Shown here: positions 20,070 through 30,045 of the stretch, piece by piece
How positions within the stretch are numbered: the first letter of the stretch is position 1
Layout: each line of letters opens with the position of its first letter
Translations under genes and position numbers: made by a program
The notes under the pieces: model-generated
Told to the model about the DNA's origin: nothing
Database searches by the model: none
The model's input: only the letters and a program-made list of their open reading frames with translations
From: an uncultured Acidimicrobiales bacterium
GTDB lineage: Bacteria > Actinomycetota > Acidimicrobiia > Acidimicrobiales > SZUA-35
DNA: 64,000 bases
NCBI GenBank assembly: GCA_937930695.1
Contig: CALHCB010000055.1
Coordinates: 4,833-68,832 of the forward strand
Direction: 5' to 3'

Positions 20070-20840
20070 GTGAGCTTTGCGTTGTTACCCGCTGTGGATG
20101 TTGCCGACGGCCAATCGGTCCGGCTCGTCCAAGGTGAGGTCGACAGCGGGACAAGGCGTGGGGATCCTCTCGACGTCGCCCTCAGCTGGCAGGCAGACGG
20201 CGCATCGTGGATTCATCTCGTCGACCTCGATGCAGCGTTCGGTCGAGGGTCGAACGGCGAGCTACTCGCCTCAATCGTTGATGCGCTCGATGTAAACGTG
20301 CAGCTGTCCGGCGGTGTCCATGACGACGCTTCGCTCGACGGAGCGCTCTCGATGAACTGTGCACGGATCGTTCTCGCTACAACATCACTGTCGGACCTTG
20401 CATGGTGCAATCGGGTGATTGCTGAGCATGGCGAGCGAGTGGCGATCGGACTCGACGTGCGAATCGAAGTGTCCCCGAGGCAGCCAACGCGCCACCGACT
20501 TGCGGCTCGCGGGCAGGACCAGGACTTCGGCGACTTGTGGGAGACGTTGAACCACCTTGATCAGGCCGGTTGCGCCCGGTATGTCGTCACCGACGTGAGC
20601 CGGGACGGGATGCTCGGCGGTGCCAACATCGGCTTGTATGAAGCTGTCACGAATGCCACGTCGGCGCCCGTGATCGTCTCCGGTGGGATTTCGTCGATCA
20701 GCGACCTTGTCGAGCTGGCCGAACTTGCGGCTCGCGGCGTAAACCTTGAGGGATCGATTGTTGGCAAGGCGCTGTATGCCGGCCGATTCACATTGCCAGC
20801 GGCACTCGAAGCCGTCCGAGATGTTGATCTGATCGAGTGA
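20070..20840 (+). CDS. priA: PriA/HisA family phosphoribosyl isomerase (stand-alone, divergent)
   Basis: [57 protein letters not shown]. Confidence 0.85.
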   Translation: MSFALLPAVDVADGQSVRLVQGEVDSGTRRGDPLDVALSWQADGASWIHLVDLDAAFGRGSNGELLASIVDALDVNVQLSGGVHDDASLDGALSMNCARIVLATTSLSDLAWCNRVIAEHGERVAIGLDVRIEVSPRQPTRHRLAARGQDQDFGDLWETLNHLDQAGCARYVVTDVSRDGMLGGANIGLYEAVTNATSAPVIVSGGISSISDLVELAELAARGVNLEGSIVGKALYAGRFTLPAALEAVRDVDLIE

Positions 20841-20861
20841 GATCAGTACGGACACCAGAGG

Positions 20862-21854
20862 CTAGAAGGACGCTCGTGTTCTCGGGTCGGCCCATCGGTA
20901 GACCAGTTCGCTGAGACCGCGAATGACCACGATGATGGCGGTGACGTAGGCCGTGATGGCAGCAAGAACATGGAGATCTCTGTTGATCGAGGCCTCTTCG
21001 AGAACGATGCCCATCCCTCCGATGCCGAACATTTGCTCCACGATGATGACGCCGCTGAGCAGCGATCCGAAGATGAGTCCGAGCTGGGTCAGAAGTGTCA
21101 TGGATGCTGGTCGCAGGGCGTGACGCACGATCACCTGACGTCGAGGTAGTCCTTTGGCCTGAGCAGCCAGAATGAACTCCTCGTCGAGCACACTTCGCGT
21201 ACTCGTTGTCACGAGCCTGGCGATGATGCCGGCTTCCGGTAGTGCGATGGCGAGAACAGGCATCAGGGCTCGCTCGAGGTTTCCGCTCACCGAGGTGGAT
21301 AATCGTTCCCAGCCAGCAGCGGGAAGCAGTCCGTATTTGACCGAGATCACCCATGTTGCGACGGCCGCAAGAATAAAGGCCGGGGTGCCCTGGAGCGTGC
21401 TGATTACTGCGGTGTGGGCGAACTTCGACGACGACCGTGAAAGAAGGGCGCCGCTGAATCCCGCAGTGAGTCCGATGACCACCGCGGAACCCAATGCCAG
21501 AATTGCGATCTCGAACGAGATCGGCAGACGAGGCGTGAGCATGGGTTGCACAGGGCGATCGCCGCGACTGGAACGATTGAAGTCGAACTGCGCCGCGTCC
21601 AAGAACCACTTCGCATGGCGGAGAGGAACGGGGTCTTTGAAGTTGTACGCCTCGACCTGCTCGGCGAGACGAGGGTTATCGAGGTCTTCGCCTGCACCGA
21701 GTACAACGGTTGCCATGCCACCGTCGATCGAGATCTCGAGGACGAGGAAGACTGCAAGCGTGCTGAGGTACAACGCCAAGACCAGTCGTCCGAACCATCC
21801 GAGAAGGCCTCGCGCACCGCGAAGGGCTCGGGTCGAAGACGGGCGAGTGATCAC
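20862..21854 (-). CDS. Peptide/nickel ABC transporter permease (DppB/OppB family)
   Basis: EAA loop ILAAQAKGL, RHALRP, SGVIIVEQMFGIGGMG. Confidence 0.88.
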   Translation of the reverse strand: MITRPSSTRALRGARGLLGWFGRLVLALYLSTLAVFLVLEISIDGGMATVVLGAGEDLDNPRLAEQVEAYNFKDPVPLRHAKWFLDAAQFDFNRSSRGDRPVQPMLTPRLPISFEIAILALGSAVVIGLTAGFSGALLSRSSSKFAHTAVISTLQGTPAFILAAVATWVISVKYGLLPAAGWERLSTSVSGNLERALMPVLAIALPEAGIIARLVTTSTRSVLDEEFILAAQAKGLPRRQVIVRHALRPASMTLLTQLGLIFGSLLSGVIIVEQMFGIGGMGIVLEEASINRDLHVLAAITAYVTAIIVVIRGLSELVYRWADPRTRASF

Positions 21855-21872
21855 CGGTCAGAAGATACAACC

Positions 21873-24800
21873 TCAATTCGACTCCTCAGAAATGAGTTCT
21901 GCGTCTTCGGCAAGAAACGTGCGGCGATCGGCAACAGCAAAGATGACGTCGTCGATGTCTCCGACGATTCGGTCCTCGTCGTACAGCGGCTTGGAGAACC
22001 GCATGGCGAGCACCACATCGCGAGACGGGATGTAGACCAGTCGAGCGTCTCCACCGTCGTGGAAGGCATAGAGGAACGGCTCAGGGTCAAGGTCCGATGG
22101 TGGGTCGCAGGGACAGTGGCGCCATGCGCCGAGCCCTGCGTTTCCTTGGTAGGCCTGGCCTCCGAACAGCATCTGGTCTCGCATCTCTGGACTGAGGACG
22201 GTTCCGTCTCGCATCAGCGCCCCATACCAGCGAGCGAGGTCGTCGAGGGTCGACACAACTCCGCCCGAGCCGTGGCCGACGAACCCAGCACGTTGGTTGT
22301 TGACTAGTTCGGTGTTCGTCATGCCGAGCGGCGTGAAGATTCGGTCATCCAGCACTTCGCTCAGCGGTTGGCCAGTTGCCGCCTCGATCGTCAGACCTGC
22401 CATGAGATAGTTGGAGGCGGCGTAGGACGGCACGGTGGAGGACAAGTCGCTTGCTCGCACGCTCATTGCCACGGCATCGAGTGGCGTCAAGATCCCGTCG
22501 GGCCGGAAGTCCGCGGTTTGGCGATAGTCATCCAAACCGGTTGCGTGACTCAATAGACGCCGCAGCGTGAGTCCGTCGGTGACATCTTGAGAGATGCCTT
22601 CCAGAGGTGGCAGCGGTCCGTCGAGCGTGAGCGTCCCTTCGGCGACCAGCTGCAACGCGACGGCGGCCACCATGGTCTTGGTGAGGCTGAGCGCTTCGAA
22701 GGGAGCGGCGGGGTCGAGAGCCTCGGGTGCCCCGAACTGAACGGTGACCGGTCGATCGCCTGTTGGCGCTCCGATCTCTACCACTGCCATGGATTCGACT
22801 CCGTGGCCGATCAACCAAGCCTCTGCGCTGCGCGCCATCGTGGCGAGTTGCTCAGGAGACGGGTCCAGGAGGGCGAGCGTCGATACCTCACCACCCACAG
22901 GGGGACGACCCGAGGGAGTGGGAGGGCCGAGATCGTCAGCAAACTCGGGAAAGAGATTGGCCTGAGGAAGCAGGACCCCAACGGCGACGATGAGTGCGAG
23001 AACAAGCCCGAGCCGCGGCCGCGGTCGTCGACGGTTTCCCGCCATCCACATGGTTTCCAGCGGCCGAACGGCCGCAACGACAACTCGAAGGAGCACGGAG
23101 AACACTGCACCGAAGAGAACCCAATGAGCAGCCGAACGCGGCCCGCCGACGACGCGATAGGCAAACACGAGCGCCAGGGTGTGCCAGAGGTAGATCGACA
23201 TCGCCCACTTGGTTATCCACCCGACGAATCTGCGTATCGTGTCGATCTCGCCGAGGTGGCGGAGGTGGTCCTCGATGGAGAGCAGGGCGCCGAGCCACGC
23301 AAGGCCCACCAGCCCGAACAAGACATAGGAGTTGTTCACGACCATGTCGGTGGGCGGCGAAATGAGTGCCCAGGCAACCGCTCCGGTTCCGAGTGCGACA
23401 ACGAGCTGGAATCTGACCCGACGTGTGAGCTTGTGGCGCAGTTTGTGCCCACTCATGCCGAGGGTGAAGAAGCCGCCGAAGCAAATGATGTCTGCGACGC
23501 CACGAGCGACCGCAGTCGCGTGGGCTGTTGATTGCTGTGCGACCCAACGATCGAGGACGAAGAGCGACAGCGCCCAAGCAGCAAACTGGATCACGCCGGG
23601 AATTCGTCGTCCGATCGGGCGGACCAATGGAGTGAGCACGAGGATGATGACGAGCGCACGGAGGAACCAGAGCGGGGCGGAGAGCCAGCCTGCCTCCCAG
23701 GGGAGCGTTGCCGGTGCCCGATACGGAATCAACCAAGAGATCACGTCGCGTCGTGAGTCTTGCGCAACGTCCGGGACCGCGAGAGCGACGGCCGACAGCG
23801 AGAGCGCGATGTATGCGTAGTACGGCGGGATCAGCCGTTCGAGTCGCCCTTTCACTACCTGCCAACAACCGGTGTTTCGCATGCTCTTGACCATGAGCGC
23901 GCCCGATACATAGAAGACTGCGGGCATGGCGGCAAAGCTCCAAGAGATCCACCAATAGCCGAGCGCGTGCCAGAACATCACACGCACGATCGAGATAGTG
24001 CGAACCATGTCGAGAAAGGCATCTCGTCCTCCCTCGTTGTCCGGGGCGCTCAGCTCGACTGGCTGTTTGGAGATAACCGGGGCGGCGGAGGTTCCGAGCG
24101 CTGCGGGCAAGGCAATGGCAGCCAGGATGCCTACGGGGGCCAGGTCGATGAGCGGCCATCCAGTTGCAACCCGAAAGGTGAGCAGGCCCATGATGACGAG
24201 GAAACCGACGAGGGCGCCGACGGCAATCTGTTCGGGTATTCGATCAGTTCCTTGGCTCGAACTTCGCTCGCGAATCGAGACCTTGCCGCCGGTGGGAATC
24301 CACTCCTGGTCTCGGTCCGTGAGGTGGTCTCGCAACGCGTACAAGTGGGCGACCTGAGAGACCAGACCTACCCGTCGCGATGCACGGCCATCGGGGAGGT
24401 GGAGCCAACGGGGCTGGAGGTAGAACTCAGTGAAGAGCGCCGGCAGGATCATCGCGGCAGGCGCGAGCGTGATCACGTAGGGCGCTTCGGCGAGAGAGAC
24501 CACGGGCACGTAGATGGCGACGAGTGGGCTCAACGCACTGGTCACGTAGAAGATCCACCCGTCCCACATCCCGAGGCGCTGCATCGGGGTCAGCTTCATG
24601 CGTTTGAACAACGGTGTTCCCGCGAGGGCGAAGTTGCCACGAGCCCATCGATATTGCTGTGACGCAAGCGACGCCGCGTTGTCGGGGGCCGTGCCTGCGG
24701 CAAGCGGCAGAGGCAGGTAGTCGACCCGGTATCCAGCATCGATGACCTTGAGCCCGGTGAAGATGTCTTCAGAGTGTTCGAGAAGCGCCATGCCCCCTCG

Positions 24801-25694
24801 TTCCTCGAGGGCTGCTCGTCGATACACGGCGTTTGTTCCGACGCAGATGGCGCCGCCGTGCTTGTCTCGGGCCCGCATGCCGACCCGGTAGAACTGCTCC
24901 TGCTGCGCCGCTGCCCCACGCTCGACCCAATTGTCCGATGTCACTCGGAAGAACTGTGGGGTTTGGAGAATACCGAGCTTCTCGTCGTCGAAGTACGGCA
25001 CGGTGTGGCTGAGGAAGTCGGAGCGAACGGCGAAGTCAGCATCGAGAATGATGATCAGGTCGCCATCGGACTGCTCATAGCCGTGACGGAGATTGCCCGC
25101 CTTCTTCATCCATCCACGGTCTGGCCGCGAGATGTAGGTCGCTCCCCACCGCAGTGCCGCCTGGTGCACCTCGGGCGAGTCGCGGTCGTCCAGAACGTAG
25201 ACGTTCAGCTTCTCTCTGGGATGGTCGAGGTGGAAGGCATGGACGATGGTGTTCTCGACAATGATCGGGTCCTCGCCACACGTGCAGATGAAGACATCAA
25301 CGGTCGGCGTGTTGTGCTCGGAGCGTCGGTTGTTTCGCCAGCGCATATGGCGAGCTCGATCAAATGCAGGGATCTGGGTTGACCAGACAATGTTGATGAA
25401 CCCGCCGATCACGACAGCAAGTGCGAATGGAAGCAGCACGACGAGCCAATTCCCGGTGAACGACAAGAACACCAGCGCCGAGCCGAGGCAGACCCGGGAG
25501 AAGGCGGAGAACTGCAGGAACCGCTTTCCGTCGTTGGCGACGTAGGACCAGAGTTCGTCGTCGTCCGGTGGCGAGATCGTGGCGTGAACCGGAAGCGCGG
25601 GTGTTGCTTCGTCGGCCTCGGCCGGCACCCCGTTCGTCGGCTCGGAGTCTTCTTCTGGTGCGCGTCGGTGCTCAGTGAGCGTCGAGATCGACAA
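21873..25694 (-). CDS. Three-domain fusion: cellulose-synthase-like GT2, acyltransferase-3 and beta-lactamase-fold serine hydrolase
   Basis: GT2: VLDD, KAGN, DADF, QTPQ, SED, QQYRW (~aa346). AT3: RDAFLDMVR..WH (~aa557), FYVSG, LWFL, SIYLWH. Hydrolase: SLTK (~aa1003), LLSHATG, YAASNY, PLGM, HDG. GAGGAG RBS before TTG. Confidence 0.88.
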   Translation of the reverse strand: MSISTLTEHRRAPEEDSEPTNGVPAEADEATPALPVHATISPPDDDELWSYVANDGKRFLQFSAFSRVCLGSALVFLSFTGNWLVVLLPFALAVVIGGFINIVWSTQIPAFDRARHMRWRNNRRSEHNTPTVDVFICTCGEDPIIVENTIVHAFHLDHPREKLNVYVLDDRDSPEVHQAALRWGATYISRPDRGWMKKAGNLRHGYEQSDGDLIIILDADFAVRSDFLSHTVPYFDDEKLGILQTPQFFRVTSDNWVERGAAAQQEQFYRVGMRARDKHGGAICVGTNAVYRRAALEERGGMALLEHSEDIFTGLKVIDAGYRVDYLPLPLAAGTAPDNAASLASQQYRWARGNFALAGTPLFKRMKLTPMQRLGMWDGWIFYVTSALSPLVAIYVPVVSLAEAPYVITLAPAAMILPALFTEFYLQPRWLHLPDGRASRRVGLVSQVAHLYALRDHLTDRDQEWIPTGGKVSIRERSSSQGTDRIPEQIAVGALVGFLVIMGLLTFRVATGWPLIDLAPVGILAAIALPAALGTSAAPVISKQPVELSAPDNEGGRDAFLDMVRTISIVRVMFWHALGYWWISWSFAAMPAVFYVSGALMVKSMRNTGCWQVVKGRLERLIPPYYAYIALSLSAVALAVPDVAQDSRRDVISWLIPYRAPATLPWEAGWLSAPLWFLRALVIILVLTPLVRPIGRRIPGVIQFAAWALSLFVLDRWVAQQSTAHATAVARGVADIICFGGFFTLGMSGHKLRHKLTRRVRFQLVVALGTGAVAWALISPPTDMVVNNSYVLFGLVGLAWLGALLSIEDHLRHLGEIDTIRRFVGWITKWAMSIYLWHTLALVFAYRVVGGPRSAAHWVLFGAVFSVLLRVVVAAVRPLETMWMAGNRRRPRPRLGLVLALIVAVGVLLPQANLFPEFADDLGPPTPSGRPPVGGEVSTLALLDPSPEQLATMARSAEAWLIGHGVESMAVVEIGAPTGDRPVTVQFGAPEALDPAAPFEALSLTKTMVAAVALQLVAEGTLTLDGPLPPLEGISQDVTDGLTLRRLLSHATGLDDYRQTADFRPDGILTPLDAVAMSVRASDLSSTVPSYAASNYLMAGLTIEAATGQPLSEVLDDRIFTPLGMTNTELVNNQRAGFVGHGSGGVVSTLDDLARWYGALMRDGTVLSPEMRDQMLFGGQAYQGNAGLGAWRHCPCDPPSDLDPEPFLYAFHDGGDARLVYIPSRDVVLAMRFSKPLYDEDRIVGDIDDVIFAVADRRTFLAEDAELISEESN

Positions 25695-25704
25695 GGTGTT
25701 CTCC

Positions 25705-26847
25705 TCAGTGGGCGAGAGCGAGGGCAGCCAGAGGCGCCACTCCGCTCAGCAACATGGCGGTGATGGCGGGATGGGCCATCCGGTTGGTCATGGCGAAGAT
25801 GACGGGATCTCGATGGATGCGCTCAGATTCCGCCGCGTCAGATGTTGGGGTTTCGGGTTCTGACTGCTCAGCGGGGCTCTGTGCTCGGCGTCGGTGTTGG
25901 GAACGAAGGAATGACAGGAGCAAGACAGCCGAGCCCGAGATGGCCAATTCCAGGGTCGGATTTGTCGCAACTTGGGTGACATCGGTCGGGGCGTATTGGT
26001 CGATGGGCGAGGCCAAGATCACGACGTGGTGGGCGACGAGGGCCACGGTGATGGTCAAGGCGAGGTGCAGGAGCGTGCCGGGGGAGACTCGCCATCGATT
26101 GGCGCCGATGCTCAGCACGAACGTGGCGATCACCACGAGAGAGCCTCGATGCAACTCGGCACTGAAGAGGCGCCACGGCTCTTGGTCGATGCTGAAGAAG
26201 GGGATCTGGGCAAGTCGCCGGTAGATGAGTGCCGACGGTTGCTCGAGCGAACTCCTCACGGCGTTGTGGCAGAACTCTGCAACTGGCTGCCAGGTGAGCA
26301 GGCTCATGACGGTGAGGGCCCGCAGCAGCGCCAGTAGTCGGTAGCCCCAAAGGGCGAGGTACGTGCCCAAGAGGGCGACGGACAAGACGGGCCCAGCGAG
26401 AACTGGAGCCAGCGATGGCCACGTAGTGAGCACAATGGTGAGAATCGCAGCGGAGGTCGAGATCACCGCGGCGCTCGTCGAGGTGACTTCGCGGGTTGGG
26501 GTCACGTTCGGGCGAGGCCGCCATCGAAGTGTTCCAACCGCAATGCCGCCGAGCGCCACCAGCGGGACGACGCTTGCGCCATCGTCGTTGTGATTCCATC
26601 CGGACCTCCCGATCGCGACGGCGCCAACAACGCAGACGGCAACGACGACAAGCGCAGTCAACCACGGACGGTGGTCAACTGGTGGAAGTGGCGCTGACGT
26701 CTCCGTGGGGTGTTCAACGGGCGCTCGATGTCCGAGTTTCGAGCCAAAAGGTCGAAAATTTGCTCGGTTCTTCCGAAAATGGGCATTGCGAAGCTGCAGT
26801 TCGGTGGACGGCTGTGCGGGCCGTTCCACCTCAGCGAAGGCGGGCAT
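25705..26847 (-). CDS. Polytopic membrane protein, possibly a degenerate exosortase-like fold
   Basis: About 8-9 hydrophobic helices; stop lies 10 nt before the fusion gene; ATG at 26847 or GTG at 26886. Confidence 0.7.
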   Translation of the reverse strand: MPAFAEVERPAQPSTELQLRNAHFRKNRANFRPFGSKLGHRAPVEHPTETSAPLPPVDHRPWLTALVVVAVCVVGAVAIGRSGWNHNDDGASVVPLVALGGIAVGTLRWRPRPNVTPTREVTSTSAAVISTSAAILTIVLTTWPSLAPVLAGPVLSVALLGTYLALWGYRLLALLRALTVMSLLTWQPVAEFCHNAVRSSLEQPSALIYRRLAQIPFFSIDQEPWRLFSAELHRGSLVVIATFVLSIGANRWRVSPGTLLHLALTITVALVAHHVVILASPIDQYAPTDVTQVATNPTLELAISGSAVLLLSFLRSQHRRRAQSPAEQSEPETPTSDAAESERIHRDPVIFAMTNRMAHPAITAMLLSGVAPLAALALAH

Positions 26848-26887
26848 GTCACGCAGAGTGACATAGGTTGTCGGGGATCGCAACACT

Positions 26888-26911
26888 TTTCTGGGTAGAA
26901 CTACCTAGAAA
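26888..26911. promoter_or_regulatory. Palindromic operator-like site TTTCTGGGTAG-AA-CTACCTAGAAA between divergent genes
   Basis: 11-bp arms with one mismatch; the 15-bp core recurs exactly at 53551-53565. Confidence 0.6.
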
Positions 26912-27006
26912 GCTGGTTCCGTCTGGACTAGCCAGCCAGCCCGTTCGGACTACAGGCGATGTGCTTGCTGGCCCAGGGTGCACGTTGGCGAGCTAACGTC
27001 CGCTCC

Positions 27007-28176
27007 ATGGCCAGCGCCCCACAAGCATCAGAGCCTGTCGATCTCGACGCGGTTGCTGAGCGGTGGGCGAGGCACGGATTCTTGCCGCCCGAACTGGCTG
27101 ATCGACAGGGTCGCGTTGAGCTTTATTCGCTCTACGAGAGTCACGGGGTCGAGGCCGCGACGTATGCGGACGTACCGTTTGACGACATCCTCTCGACCAT
27201 CAATCTGGCTGTTCTGGTTCCCGCTCGGACCATCGAATCGACGGAGGCAATGAGGCGATCGGGTCTTGATCCTGAGACGTTCGCCAGGATCACGAAGGCG
27301 CTGGGCATCGCTGATCAGTCGAAGCTCTCCGATCTTGATCTCGAAGCCATTGAAATCTTCAAAACGGGCGTCGAACTCATGTTCAGCGAGGAAGAACTCA
27401 TCGCCTTTACTCGCATCATGAGTGCCTCAATGGACCGAATCGCCGAGGCGGCGACCGCCCTGTTTCGCATCGACGTCGCTTCATCGATGGATGAACGTGG
27501 CGCCTCCGAACTCGAGTACGCCGTGAAGAACCTCCAGTCAGCTGAGATGCTCGAGACGATCTTCATCCCAATTCGATCCGTATTCTCCCATCGGCTCGAA
27601 GCAGCTGTGTCGCGGAGCGACGTCGCTCGAGGCCGGGCGATGGCCGGCCCACAAAGTTCGGTGGCGTTGTCCGTTGGATTCGTTGATCTTGTCGGCTTCA
27701 CCTCGATGTCGGGGGAGATCGAGTTGGACGAGTTGGCCCGATTCGTCTTGGAATTCGAAGCATCAGCTCAAGACATCGTTGGAGATCGCGGCGGGCGGGT
27801 CGTGAAGCTGATCGGCGATGAGGTGATGTTTGTCAACACCGACGTCGATGCGGCAATTGAGACAGCAGCGGCCCTCATCGAGGGAATCGGGTCGTCTTCC
27901 AAAGCGCCGAGAGGTGGCGTCGCAACGGGTGACGTAGTGGCTCGCGGTGGTGACTACTACGGACGAATCGTCAATCTGGCTGCTCGGCTCGTCGACCAGG
28001 CGGTGTCAGGAGAGGTTCTGGTCGACGAAGCAACAGTTGACGGGTGCGAACGGTCGGTGTTTGAACCAGCAGGACGACGGCAGTTGAAGGGCTTCACCGA
28101 TCCAGTCCGGTTGTTCTCGATCGAGGTTGCAGGCGGCGGTGGAGACGACTTCGAGCCCAAATCAGCGGACCGCTAG
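27007..28176 (+). CDS. Class III adenylate/guanylate cyclase with N-terminal regulatory domain (Rv1264/Rv2212-like)
   Basis: GFVDLVGFT, VKLIGDEVMF, DYYGRIVNLAARL, LKGF. Confidence 0.92.
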   Translation: MASAPQASEPVDLDAVAERWARHGFLPPELADRQGRVELYSLYESHGVEAATYADVPFDDILSTINLAVLVPARTIESTEAMRRSGLDPETFARITKALGIADQSKLSDLDLEAIEIFKTGVELMFSEEELIAFTRIMSASMDRIAEAATALFRIDVASSMDERGASELEYAVKNLQSAEMLETIFIPIRSVFSHRLEAAVSRSDVARGRAMAGPQSSVALSVGFVDLVGFTSMSGEIELDELARFVLEFEASAQDIVGDRGGRVVKLIGDEVMFVNTDVDAAIETAAALIEGIGSSSKAPRGGVATGDVVARGGDYYGRIVNLAARLVDQAVSGEVLVDEATVDGCERSVFEPAGRRQLKGFTDPVRLFSIEVAGGGGDDFEPKSADR

Positions 28177-28225
28177 AGTGCGACATCGCCGTCGGAGTTG
28201 ACGGTGAGAACGCCCAGGGGGTCAC

Positions 28226-29272
28226 ATGCTCGTCGAACGAATTGAAGCCAAGTGGATTGAGTCGTTCCGGACGACATTTGCGTTGTGTGGCGTCACTGCT
28301 GGTGATTCCTGTGCCGTGCTCGCCGAGACCCAGAGCCGCGAGGTCAACGTTCGGCTGAGCGAATTGGCGTTGGCTCAGCTCGGAGCCAACGTGTTCCGGA
28401 TCACCCTCCAAACGCCGGCCCAAACCGCTCCCGTTCCCATTCGTTCGACGGGCGCCAGCGATGCGATCGCTGGTCTCGCTCCCGTTATCGGGGCGCTTGC
28501 CGGAAGTACGTTCATTGCCGACTGCACGGTCGAGGGCTTGCTGCATGCCGCGGAGCTCCCGCAGATTCTCGGAGACGGCGCCCGCGTGCTCATGGTGTCG
28601 AACGAGCACCCTGATGTTCTTGAACGTTTGGTGCCCGATCCGGCGCTCGAGGCGAAGGTCAAGGCCGGCACCAAGATGCTGAAGGCTGCCAAAGAGATGC
28701 GCGTCACCTCGCCAGGGGGAACCGACCTCACGATCGATGTCGAGACAGCTCCGGCCGGTTCGAGTTGGGGCTACACCGCCCGTCCAGGAACGATCGCACA
28801 TTGGCCCGGTGGCCTGTGCCTTTGCTTCCCCCGGGCCGGGAGCGTCAACGGTCGGCTGGTGATGGATGTCGGCGACGTCAATATCACCTTCAAGCGGTAC
28901 ATGGAGACGCCAATCACTCTGGAGATTTCGAACGACTTCATCACCGACATCAGTGGCACCGGCACAGACGCTGCATTGATGGAGAGCTACTTCGCCGCCT
29001 GGGGTGACAAGGAGGCATACGCGGTGTCCCACGTGGGCTGGGGAATGAACCCGGCGGCCCGCTGGGATTCGTTCGCTATGTACGACAAGAGTCAGGTGAA
29101 CGGCACCGAACTACGGGCATTTGCCGGCAACTTCCTCTATTCGACGGGGGCCAATGAGGTTGCGGGGCGTCACACCCTTGGACACTTCGATCTGCCGCTT
29201 CGGGGCTGCACGGTTGAGCTCGACGGGATCGCCGTTGTGCGGGATGGTCAGCTCCAGGGCGAGCTCGCGTGA
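28226..29272 (+). CDS. Peptidase M29-fold protein, 2,5-dihydroxypyridine 5,6-dioxygenase (NicX)-like
   Basis: GTDL, PG..AHWPGG, SHVGWGMN, RAFAGNFLYSTG, HFDLPLR (His and HxD metal ligands as in NicX). Confidence 0.78.
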   Translation: MLVERIEAKWIESFRTTFALCGVTAGDSCAVLAETQSREVNVRLSELALAQLGANVFRITLQTPAQTAPVPIRSTGASDAIAGLAPVIGALAGSTFIADCTVEGLLHAAELPQILGDGARVLMVSNEHPDVLERLVPDPALEAKVKAGTKMLKAAKEMRVTSPGGTDLTIDVETAPAGSSWGYTARPGTIAHWPGGLCLCFPRAGSVNGRLVMDVGDVNITFKRYMETPITLEISNDFITDISGTGTDAALMESYFAAWGDKEAYAVSHVGWGMNPAARWDSFAMYDKSQVNGTELRAFAGNFLYSTGANEVAGRHTLGHFDLPLRGCTVELDGIAVVRDGQLQGELA

Positions 29273-30045
29273 CCCAAGCCCTCCACGTCGAGGCCGGAAA
29301 CGGCGATCTGCCCATCTTGTTTCTTCATGGGCTCGGGGGTGATGCTGAGTATTGGTCAGCCGAGTTGGCGCATTTCGGTCAATCGCAACGAGCCGTCGCG
29401 TGGACCATGCCTGGCTATGGGTCCTCGCCAGCGCTCAACGCCGTGACGATCGAAACGCTGGCGATGGCGGCGCGTTGCTTGCTGGACCGGCTCGACATCG
29501 ATCGTGCGGTGGTCGTGGGGCATTCGATGGGTGGTTTCATTGCTCAGCGACTCGCGATCGACGCGCCAGAACGAGTCGCGGGGCTCGCGCTGGTTTCGAC
29601 CACTGCATCGTTCGGTAAACCGGGGAGCTCGTTCAACGACGAGTTTCTTGCATCCCGTCTGGCCCCACTCGATGAGGGAATGACGCCAGCAGACCTGGCG
29701 CCTTCGGTGGTGCAAGGGCTTGTGGCTCGAGAGGCGGCCGGCGCGATCAAAGACAAGGCGTGCGCGTCGATGTCGAGGATCAGTGCGGACGGATATCGAG
29801 CTGCCCTCCACGCGTTGACCGCCTGGGATGGCCGAAAAGAGCTCGGAGCACTCGACGTGCCGACTCGTTGCATCGTCGGCGCCGATGACCCCACGGTGCC
29901 GGTGGCAAGCATGAAGAAGCTTGCCGCGCTCATTCCTGGTGCGGATCTTGACGTGATTTCTGGAGCATCTCACTTGGTGAATCTCGAGCAGCCGGATCGT
30001 TTCCGCGACGTGCTGGCGTCGTTCTTGGCGTCGCTCGATGGGTGA
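29269..30045 (+). CDS. Alpha/beta hydrolase
   Basis: LHGLGG, GHSMGG, D, SHLVNLEQP. Confidence 0.9.
   Translation: MTQALHVEAGNGDLPILFLHGLGGDAEYWSAELAHFGQSQRAVAWTMPGYGSSPALNAVTIETLAMAARCLLDRLDIDRAVVVGHSMGGFIAQRLAIDAPERVAGLALVSTTASFGKPGSSFNDEFLASRLAPLDEGMTPADLAPSVVQGLVAREAAGAIKDKACASMSRISADGYRAALHALTAWDGRKELGALDVPTRCIVGADDPTVPVASMKKLAALIPGADLDVISGASHLVNLEQPDRFRDVLASFLASLDG

Noticed and set aside
21873-22900. C-terminal SxxK domain as an antibiotic-resistance beta-lactamase
   Set aside because: It is fused to biosynthetic domains and has HDG instead of KTG, which fits an esterase/peptidase-type member better
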